Assembly (NCBI GenBank): GCA_905178155.1
Contig: CAJINV010000008.1
Span: forward strand, 2,857,303 to 2,921,302
Direction: 5' to 3'
DNA: 64,000 bases
Source: Amoebophrya sp. A120
Lineage: Eukaryota; Protista; Dinoflagellata
Part shown: piece by piece, positions 52,401 to 62,400 of the stretch
How positions within the stretch are numbered: the first letter of the stretch is position 1
How the letters are laid out: each line of letters starts with the position of its first letter
Program-made: the position numbers and the translations under genes
Notes under the pieces: generated by a model
Seen by the model: the letters and a program-made list of their open reading frames with translations, nothing else
Databases searched by the model: none
Told to the model about the DNA's origin: nothing

Positions 52401-55400
52401 GTGCCTCCCCAAGCAGGACCATGTTGAAGATCTTCTCCACTGCGAGCAGCGACGCAACTTCTACCAGTGAAAATAACCTACCAAGCTCTGCTCATTCGCT
52501 GCATGCGTCGACTGCGTTGAAACTTGCGCAACTTGCGACCGCGTTCCCAGAGCTTCGCGCGATCATGGACTCCGCAGGCCTGTTTGCCGGCGTTCCGAAC
52601 CGGGAAGTCGCGCGATTGATCGCCGAAAAGTTCTTTTCCGTCGAAGGTGCGGACTTCTACGGGGAACCGCAGTGCGTGCTGTTCAAGGACACAGAGGTGG
52701 TGTCTACATCATTATCACCCGCCACAGTAGATGGTGGCTTCAGCAGTGCGGGCCTTCGTGCACCGTCGAAAACATCAAGGACCAGCACATTTTTACACCA
52801 GCAAACCAATTACCTGAACGATTGGGCCGTGTACGATCACCGGCAGCACACGATAAACCGATTCGACCGCGAGGGAGCAGGTGCGGAGCAGAGCAGCGCC
52901 TCGGAGTTTTACCACCTGTACAAAGAAAATTCCGACACCGTCCCATGCTTCGTCTATTTCGACGATCGGAACAACCGCGGCGCGGACTGGCAGCTGCCGG
53001 CGAACGCGGTCGGCGCGGTTTTGTTTAACGAAATGAGCACCTTCGACCAGGTCGCCCAGGCCTCCTGGCGGTTGCGGCAGCTGGAGCTCGGGCAGAGCCT
53101 CAGGTTCGCGGCGTGGACCACTTCCACGCATCAGGAACAACGCGACGCGGGGGCGACCACGCGAGGACTGTCGTCGTTGCAGTCCGTTGACGACCTCATC
53201 CAGTTTCTCCTGGAAAAATCCGCGGTCGAGAATATGTAGAGGAAAAAGAAGTGTTGCAGTTGTGATACACATGATGTTGTTCTTCGCGCACCAGGTCAAG
53301 CAAGACAGACATTCTCTATCATACTGGATCATGATGTGCTCTGAACCCCGGGTGTACCACCCTGGTTGCATGCGTGTTTTCTCTCATGGTTATATCAGCA
53401 TTCATTTTGCAACACGTCAAGCCTCTTGACATGATGTAGATCAAGTTTATTGTGTTGCTGATGTTAGTACTAGAAAATAGAATCTCAATCCACTTTACAT
53501 CGTGTAATACTTTTTTTCTTTCATAGAGAACGAGCGGCAGTTAATCCTCTACGCGCACCAGGCCGAAACACACCTGCACATTGGGGACGACCCGGATTTC
53601 GCACTGCTCGAGGAGAGTTCGTCCGTAAGAAGCATGTATGGAAACAGTCGGAAGTCGATCGCGCTAAATGAATTTGTCGAGGCGAGTTTCAGGCGGAAAT
53701 TTTTCGGGGATGAAAATGTTCACGTTGTTGAACAAGAACCGAAAGCAACAACAGCGCAGGGACCTGGTGTTCGTCGTGATGTCGGAGGTCCAGCCACCCC
53801 TTCTTCAAGTATCTCCTGGATGGCGCGGATGTGGAAAAAGAAGTCGTCGCGGCATTACGTGGTATCAAATGTAAAAATGTCTGGGTCTGGAACAAAGCAA
53901 CTTCTCGTGCTAAATCTGAATCATGTAAAAATCTGTGTTGCATGATTGCCAAAAGCTGCCCACTTTTGACCTAATCGAGAGGCAGTTTCTCATGCAGGAT
54001 AGGCATGATAGAACGCTCGCAGAATCTGTCATGCTATGTCCTACATGCCAGACCTCATCGGTCATGGAAAACCTGCATGACAAGTCTGGCACTCTTCCAG
54101 ACTCAGACATTTTTGCAGTTGATGCGTGGCGTTGCGGGACGAAATTTTACAGAAGATCCAGAAATATGGCACGAATGTGGCAACCACTACAACCACCATT
54201 CCGGCGTCTACTACTTCGCGCCCGCACTGCAGCGCCTCAGAACATGAGCAGGCGGCTTTTATCTCCGCAGCAAACGCCTCCTGTGCGGGGGCTTTAACCG
54301 CAACGATCACCGTTGAGACGGACCATACGGCTGAAACCACCACCGAGCAGGAGGTGGACCAGGATGTGAACATGAGTGTGCAAATGTTCGTGAATCAACA
54401 CCGGCACAGCCCGCGCTACCCGTTTCCCGAAGTTGGGAACGAGTTAAAACCGTTTGTGGAAAAGGACTGGAGCTTCGAACTGGTCCGACTGAATGCAGCT
54501 CCTGCTGGTCGCCCCACGTTGGAGAAAAGCAGGACAACTAGGACGAGTACCCTCGGTAGCACGCTCCTGCTGCAAGAAGCGGAACGGGTGTTGGCGATCT
54601 TTGAGGACAAGATGCGACAAGCCAGGGACGAAGCAAGCCCTAGTAGTACCGGCACACGACCGAGTGCTGCAAGAATTGTCACTTCTCCGAAGACGAACTC
54701 GTCACCCTCCTCCCGCCCGATCGTTCGGCAGGGGCTCACGCTGCCGAAACTGGTGCCGCTCCGCGAGCTGCTGCAGGCCAAACGGGCCGAAATAAATCGT
54801 CCAAAGCTAAACTCCGCCGACTCTGACTCGAATGCGGAGGAGAGCGATGGTCGCGATCCCGCTGTGGTGCCGAGCGAGGAAACGGAACAGAAATTATTGT
54901 ACGAACAGCTTCTCAAGACCAAAACCTTGGCTCGGGTCTTCGTCACGGAAAACTTCGCGAACGTTTTCGATGTCTCGTCGGGAAATAACGCTTACGGCTC
55001 CCGGTCGAGCAGAGGACCATCGCTTGCGTCGCGGTTGTTTCGTAGATCACCAGCGGGGTCGACGTCTTCAGACGAGGACTCGGATTACACAAATGCTGCA
55101 AGAAGTATCCTCCGCCGCCCGCAGAACGCCCTGTGGCTTCCGGACGACGAAACGACAATTCTCCTGTCCGACCGCGAGGCGGCTTTGGTGCAAGAGCAGT
55201 TGTTCGAGGAAGACGCGACGAGAACCGCGGAACTGGACGAGGACAGAATTGCGGATTTCGCTGCGTTCTGGGGAAAGAAACTGAAAGTGACCGTTGTGGC
55301 TCCTAACGTGGAGGTCGCAGGGTTTGATGCTCTACTTCCCCGCGAACTACAAGAAGTAGACTGTAAGTTGGATGTGAACCGCAATTCCGCCAAGGAGATG

Positions 55401-58101
55401 AAAGCTGTCAACGGTGAAGTTGTGGATGCGGATCACCACGTTGGTGGTTCTCGTACGAGCAGCTCCGTTGGAGCTTTATTCGCCAGCATGATGAGTCCTT
55501 TCTCGTGGGCGACGACCTCCGAGGCCGACAGCGCTGCGAGCGATTCATTCGAGAGCTGCGAGGCGAAGCTGATGTTCCTTGAGAAGCAGTTCCTCGCTGC
55601 GCAAACAGTGCGGCAAACACGGAACAACGTCGCAACACAAAAATCGGGCGCCGCGGCCCTTGTCAACATCAAGCTTCAGGCTGTGCCAACTAGAAGTATC
55701 GCCGACGAAAGGGATTTGGTGGAAACCAGGCTGACGAGCAGCTTCACGAGCTTCAAAAATGCGAAGGATTTTTTGCAGAAGGTGAGCAACAGGGCCGCCT
55801 TTGAGGACGACAACGCGTTTAAAACCAGAATCGCAAGCTTTTACTCGTGGTTGCGCTCGTCATCAGAGGAGAAGCAGATCACGGAGATGAGCAGTGGCAC
55901 GGCTAGCGGGACCTCCGATGGTGCAGGAACCCTTCGTCGCGCGATTTCTGCGGCGTCATCCTCCGGAAGTAGATTCGACACCGCTTCTGCCTTCTGGAAC
56001 ACTCACTTCGCCGCGATTTCGTGGCGCGAAACGGACCCGGACGCGGACGCTGGAACAGAGGAAGAAGAGACTGTTGCGGCAAAGGAAGGAAAACCTCCTT
56101 CAACTACCTCCGGCTGGTTCTCGTGGGGCTCCTCACGTGGAGCGCACGGCAGTAGTGGGAAGAACAGCGCGACTCCCAGTGGTAAAACTAAAAACCCTTG
56201 GCACCATTGTGTCCGGAAAAAATTTGTTGACCCCACAGTGGCAAATTCGAGTTCATATTGGGCATTGCGCTCCTGGAGCCGGACATCCCTGTTCGGCGCT
56301 GGCGATGCAGCGGAGCCCCCCGCTGAGGAAGAGTTTGAGGCGTTGGAGGGCTTTGCGAAACAGTTTTTGTTTGGTTTGCCTACGACTCGTGGCGGGCCCA
56401 AAGTCGGGAGCGGCTGCGCGGCCTTCGCCGAACAGATCCACGCGAAGATGTTTTTGAACAAACAAAACGACAACGACCCGACGGAGCAGGACGCGATGAG
56501 CAAACCCAGCGACGGAGAAGATTTGACGCAAGATGAACCGAAGAAAAAACTGATGTTGAACGGAAATAAGCCCTGCCTAGGTTCCACGGACCCAGAACTC
56601 TGCGCGCGGACGAGGATTTCTGTGAAGCTGGAGTTCGACGGCCGCGTGATCCCCGGAGCCGTGTACCTCCACAATCTGCGGCCAGATCAGGTCGTGCTAT
56701 CAAATGCAAAAATGTCTGGGTCTGGAAGAATGCAAGATTTGTCATGCATATTTCTCATGACCCATGATGCCTGTAATGCATGGCCTAGCATCGCAGACTT
56801 TTAGAGGGCGTTCTGATGCACCTTCCGCGTGAAGATTTGTCATGCAGATTTCTCATGACCCATGATGCCTGTAATGCATGACCTAGCATCGCAGACTTTT
56901 AGAGGGCGTTCTGATGCACCTTCCGCATGAGAGATGCCCTGTCCCTGTAGCACAAACTGTACCCCTCTACTTGCTGGCCATGCAATACAAATTTTTTTAC
57001 AGTCCAAAAACAGCATGAAAAGTTGCAATCTTCCAGACCCATACATTTTTGCAGTTGATACGTGCAGGCGGTGTACAAGAACTGGGTTGCCGACGAGTCC
57101 GATTTGAAGTCGAGTGTGGACGAAAGAATCTACACCCCGGAGTTCCTGGACAAGATCCTCACAACTAGTACAACAGAAGATGATATCGCAAGAAAAAAGT
57201 GTTACAGTTACACATTGTGTTGCAGGCCAAGCAAGACAGACAAGCTCTGTCATGCCGGATACGCATAGAAGCCTCGTTTCATAGGTGTTTTCCCGTAGGA
57301 TTTCTACATTACAAGTTGTCTCTCTCATGCAGAGAAATTTGTGTTGCTGAATTGACTACAAACGTGTAACTGTAACACTTTTTCCGTGGGATAGATGAAG
57401 TAGACTGGCAACGTGACCGGTCCTTGTACAGACGAAGTGGCTCCTCGGGCGGCCCGGCGCCCACTAGTAGTACAACTATGAGTTCTGAGGGTAAGATTTT
57501 TCTCGTCAATTTGACCCTTGCGCAGCGCAGCCTTCGTACAAATCTAAAGGGAGCAAGAAGTGGCTCTGGTGTAGAAATTATGAGTCTGATGTCGGCATCA
57601 AGCGAGGCTTCAAGCGAGGAAAAAGCCACGGAAGAACGAGAGTCGATCGCAGGAAGTGGAAGAGCAGGACGTACGGGTGGTTCCCTGTTTTTGCCGAACC
57701 GTGGGACGACCTCCACGCGGACCGGGCAAGGGACTAACGCACTTGTCCAAAGCAGGCCTGCAGCGAAGACAGTCGTCCCAAAGTGGCTCAGAGAGTTCTG
57801 CATGAAGGGCAAGCACCACTGTCCGCAGCCGTTGCAAAGTGGCCCGGCATCTTCGCAGTACCAAACGAGCAGTTTCGTGCGAGAATTAGAGGTCCTGCGA
57901 CCTCGTGCAGCCGTGAGGATTTCGACCACGGCAACTCCCGAAGTAGGAGGGCATGGCACTTGTGCGGTGCAGAAAAACTTTTTACCTGGACCAAATAAGG
58001 GAGAGCACTTTTACCTCGGACTTGGCAGCGAAGAGCACGAGCCAACAAAGTTGTTGCCGCCGCCCGCAGTCGTGCGGGCCGTGCTGGCAATTGTAAAATG
58101 A
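37406..58101 (+). CDS. Giant (~6161 aa) DUF3638/DUF3645-like P-loop protein with N-terminal signal peptide, 9 exons
   Basis: Exons 37406-38674, 38999-44951, 45166-49392, 49660-49715, 49973-53232, 53531-53862, 54130-56697, 57066-57183, 57399-58101 sum to 18486 nt in frame; motifs QLNMGEGKTSMIIP, GGVVLLQPE, IIDEADQIL, AVPY...SEFAHPDV, GFSGT, RGADWQLP, QASWRLRQL. Confidence 0.8.
38675..38993. mobile_element. TIR intron element, diverged family A relative
   Basis: TATGCATTGCAAATATAATATGCTTGGGTC / GACCCAGACCGCATATAATTTGCATTCGATA; TSD catct/cattt. Confidence 0.8.
44952..45160. mobile_element. TIR intron element, family D
   Basis: TATCCAAGAAAAAAACTGTGTAAGTGTAAGTCT / AGACCTACACTAACACAGTTTTTTTCTTGGATA; TSD TCTGC. 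Confidence 0.92.
49393..49654. mobile_element. TIR intron element, family A, opposite orientation to 23377-23641
   Basis: Family A TIRs; TSD GCTTC; interior is the reverse complement of the 23377 copy. Confidence 0.93.
49716..49967. mobile_element. TIR intron element, family A ends with a different interior
   Basis: Family A TIRs; TSD AGAAC. Confidence 0.93.
53233..53525. mobile_element. TIR intron element, decayed family D-like
   Basis: TATGTAGAGGAAAAAGAAGTGTTGCA / TGTAATACTTTTTTTCTTTCATA; TSD GAGAA; in-frame removal. Confidence 0.8.
53863..54124. mobile_element. TIR intron element, family A
   Basis: Family A TIRs (terminal base A>G); TSD CGTGG; same subfamily and orientation as 23377. 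Confidence 0.92.
56698..57060. mobile_element. TIR intron element, family A, with internal 98-bp tandem duplication
   Basis: Family A TIRs; TSD CGTGC; the unit at 56734 repeats at 56832. Confidence 0.92.
57184..57393. mobile_element. TIR intron element, family D
   Basis: TATCGCAAGAAAAAAGTGTTACAGTTACAC / GTGTAACTGTAACACTTTTTCCGTGGGATA; TSD GATGA. Confidence 0.92.
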
Positions 58102-59433
58102 AAATACTTAATAAACTACTGGGTTGTCGTGAGACAACGCGGCATGTATGATTTTTTTGCATAAAATTAGGTTTTCGAATTTTGACGGTTCCTTTTCCCG
58201 AATATATTTTATATTTTCTGTCTAGTAACTACATCATGTATAAAAATTACCACATTGTGACCATGATCTTTTTATGCCTCTCGCTCTACCAGGCGATTTT
58301 TTGTAAAAAATAATTGTTGACAAGAAGTCCTATTTGCTACTTATTCGGCTGTATGATCTTTATCTTTATGCCGAGCAAAAATACGAACTCGAACACTTGG
58401 TACTCGTTCAATGTAAGATGGTGCGTAACTATGTATAGCAGTCTGACAGAAGAACGCGAATGAGGAGCAAACAGCTGCCCAGAAGGCTGGCGTCGGCAGA
58501 TTGCTAAAATTAGCTGTATTTGCGCGCTACCGCGCGTGTTCGACCACTGCAACCGTGATCGGTGAGTTAGCATTCCAAGTCAAGATTTGCTCGGTTCTTT
58601 TTCTTTTTTCATCTTGTGTTTTTGGATACGCACTATTGCCGCCAAGAATTACATGGCTCGTACTTGCAAGCAAAACCAAAATAATTCGGAAAATGGTCGT
58701 CGAGTTGTAATTGAAGATACTCTTTGTAGATGAGTCTAGCAGCTGCGTCGTCATCGTCGGTGCTGGAGCTCTCCGCGTGGTTTTTCGGACCCAAAAAAGA
58801 AGTCGATGAGACTGCAACACACGACCTTCTCGGTAAAAGGTGCACCTAAAATACCACTCGGCTCGAGAGAATTCGTGCTTTATTCGCGATCTTGCATGCA
58901 TGCTACTTCTCGCTGTCGCTAGAGCACTCGTTTTGACTATCAAGCATACAAGAAAGTCTGCTTTTTGCAATGCAAATCGTCGAAGGCACGATCTTCAATG
59001 GAAATTAATGGTAACTCACTCAAGACAGGTCCAGGTGCAGGTCTCCGCTTTCGATCCCTAGGTTGCAGTAAGGTAGGGGTACTTGGTACACCATCTCCAA
59101 ATAACGCGAAACGTCGTAGCGACGCGACATAAATTTTTGGATTAAGTGTACAAAAAAACAGTTGTTCAGCCTTTTTGCAGTTGTATCCAGTTGTTGTATA
59201 GATGACCCCATAAGAAACAAGTACCCGGGCCTGCCTTTCAGATTTGTATGGGATAGTGCAAACTTTCCCAGCAGCTCCTATACTTGCTATCTCTCTTTAT
59301 TGTTTCATCACCTCCCCGCCCAAGGAAGGCGAAATTGTTCTGAAAGATTGTCGCATCATGATTACGACTTTCATTACTTCAACCATAAACTACCCCTAAC
59401 ACCAATTATAGCATCGAAAATTAATCAAAAACC

Positions 59434-62400
59434 ATGACGACCTCTTTCTCCTCCTCCAACGCATCCGCCCTCTCGGCTCTGCTCGTCCCGGCGTCCGCGG
59501 CGGTGGGCTTCTTTCTAGGCGCATACTACGCAAAGGCCGGCGGTATCGGCTCGACGAAAACGAATAATTCCCCTACCAATGAAGAAGAGGAGAAGCAAAA
59601 TGAAGGCAAGAGTGCGCCGTCGAATTCCGGCGAAAGTACAAGCACATCGGCTTCTACACCGGGCGGAACGTCAAGCACTTCTTCTTCCTCGAATAAACTG
59701 AAAAAAACCGCCTCCTTCCAGCCGACGGCGGACAGGAATGTCGCGCTCGCCGCTGACGAGCCCGAATTAGTCCGGGGGAGAACCCTTTCGGACACGCCGT
59801 CCGTTCCCTCGATCTCAGCCCTCTCCAGGAAACCCTCGTCCGTCGCAGCCATGGACATGTTGAACCGACTAGATGAGCAAACCGCGACCGCTATCCTAAG
59901 TAAAAACTACGGGGCCCACCACAACACCGCCCCATAGTCAAGTTTAGACGCGAAGAAATCTGCTACAACTACAAGTCCAGAACCTTCGTGCTGTTCATTT
60001 CACACGTAGTGCAGTCGTGCTTGGCTGTGAAAGGAAAAGCCGCAAGACGCAACAAATTGGCCACCTTCTTGTTAATACTTTTTTTCGTTTGATGACCATG
60101 GCCGATTCTAGTACATGCATTGACATCTGTTTATTCCAAAACACGATATAGAAAATTCTCCTCATTTCTTGGCTGCGCATGAGAGACAACATCCTGGGCT
60201 GCAACATGTAGATTTGCATGGCAAATAGGGCCGCTTAGGGACGTTTTTACTGAGGATAGCCGCCATCAACGCGTTCGAGATGACGGAAGAGAAGAACCGG
60301 GAACACAGTTTTCTCCTCTACAGTCTGTACGGAATCTACTTTTACCCGGGCTACCTCTACAACCGGTTCTCCGAGCGCAAGAACCACGTCGTGAAGCTGC
60401 AGTTGCTGGCTGAGCTGCTCGGAAGAAAATACCTGGAGGCGCAAAAGTACATTGTGGAGGTGCAGGACCGCGTATCGCATTGAAATAAAGTGCACCCACG
60501 TCGAGGACCCTAGAACTTGATAGCTCCTCTTCGAGATATTGCAACGGCTTCCCACATCTACGGGAATGTTTCCAATATGTTCTTGCGAATGAGGTTGCCG
60601 GCCTCGGATTAGCAAAACGAAAAGTTTATTTCACTTGGAAGCTTTGCATCAGGATGAAATTTTGCAGCTTCCGGACTTCGACGTTGGTGCATTTTTCACT
60701 GTAACACGTTGAAACCCTTCTCGAATCCTACCGGTCCCCCAACACGAGCAAGTGGCTGAAATACGAGGCAAAGGACATACTGGACACGCGGTTGCTGTAC
60801 ACGCTGAAGAAGCTGAAGCGAAAAATGTACGGAACCGCGGCGGAGGGGGTCGATCTGGTCAACAACAATGGAGCGGGGGTAAAGCAGGAGCTGCAACCTG
60901 TTCCTCCTGTGTCTCCGAACAGCTCCCCGCTGCAGCGCACTGCGTCCACAGGGTCGGACTACAATCAGACCAAGTACAAGCCTGAAATCGTGGACGGTAC
61001 GGTCATTTCGGAAATCGCGGACGAGGTGTACCGGTTTCCCACTATGCATTGCAAATACGTTTGGGTCTGGAAGAGTGCAACTTGTGATGCTGAATTTAGA
61101 TGCTAAAAAAAACTGTATTGCATGAGCAGCAAGGGGAGTCAAATTTGGCTACGCGGAGAAGGCATTTGTCATGCGGGATGCGCATCGATAAGAGCTCAAA
61201 GAATCTGTGATGCTAAGGCATACATCACAGACATCACGAATCATGAAAAATGTGCATGACAAACTTGTCCTCTTCCAGACCCAGACATATTTGCATTTTA
61301 TACCCTCTTTGTCCAAGCAAATCTGCGACGAGTTGCTCGTCGAGATCGAGCTATTATCCTGTGCAAAAGTATCGTACTCGTACCAATTGCATTTATGCAT
61401 TACAAATCTCTTTCTCAAGGCAAATCAGCATTAGAAATTCGATTTGTAATGCTGGGCCAATTTGTAATGCAATTTATACTAATACGATGCCTTTGCAATT
61501 CATAGCTGTTTCTCGAGTGGCAGGAGAAGCAGATCCAAATGAAGAAGCCGGGCAGTCTACCAAAGTGAGAAAAGCCCCCACCCCAAAGCAAAATGGAAAT
61601 TTGTGATGCTGATTTGTGGTCACAAATCAGCTTTGTGATGCTGGACGGGAAGAGATGCGGATTGTAGTGCTGGCTGGCGCAGAAACGCCTTGCGTCTTTA
61701 GCATGACAGAAAGCAACTGGAAACGGGAAACAGCATAAGAAACTGCCTCCAAACGAGGGAACAACTGCGTCTCTTGGCCTTCTAGCAATACAAGTCCATT
61801 TGTGTACTCAAATACAGCAACACAGGTTCGGTTCGTTTCCGATATGGGGAGGGGGGATTTTTCCTCACAATACAGTCACTTGTTGAACACGAAACTCTGC
61901 GTCATCGACCACATCAACCACATCGGGCCGCACCTGCTCAACGTGTTAAAGGACGCCGTGGTCGACCCGTTGATGACGGTTTTGTACCCAGCCGTGTCGC
62001 AAAACACCACCTTCCAAGGGAAGCTGCTCGAGCCCGTGCCGAAGCTCGGCAGCACCGAGGCGAAGAAGTTTACCACGCACGAAGAACTGATGCAGACCGT
62101 GCAGAAACCCACGGACTTTCGTTACGGATTCAGCATCGGGTACGCGAACAGAAAGCGGGAAACGAAGGACTCAAGAAATATGGATGTGTCAGGTTTGAAA
62201 TCGACAAAGTTGAAATAACTTGTAATGCATAAAATCGATACCAGTTGGAAGCCCAATTTCTAAGCGGTGCATGACAAATTTCGGCACCGTCTAAATCCAG
62301 TTTGTCATGCTGTTTAGGGACAGAAGGCGTCTCTTGTCCTGCTGCTTTAGCATCTCTGTCGCAGACCCCAAACAGGCTGACAGTCGGCCTGACTTGCCAT

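Noticed and set aside
9402-57060. Recurrent peptides SNVKMSGSGR, LPDPDIF and FQTQTFLHLI in many ORFs, suggesting a protein domain family
   Set aside because: They are translations of the family A TIR in different frames and strands, not a conserved protein.
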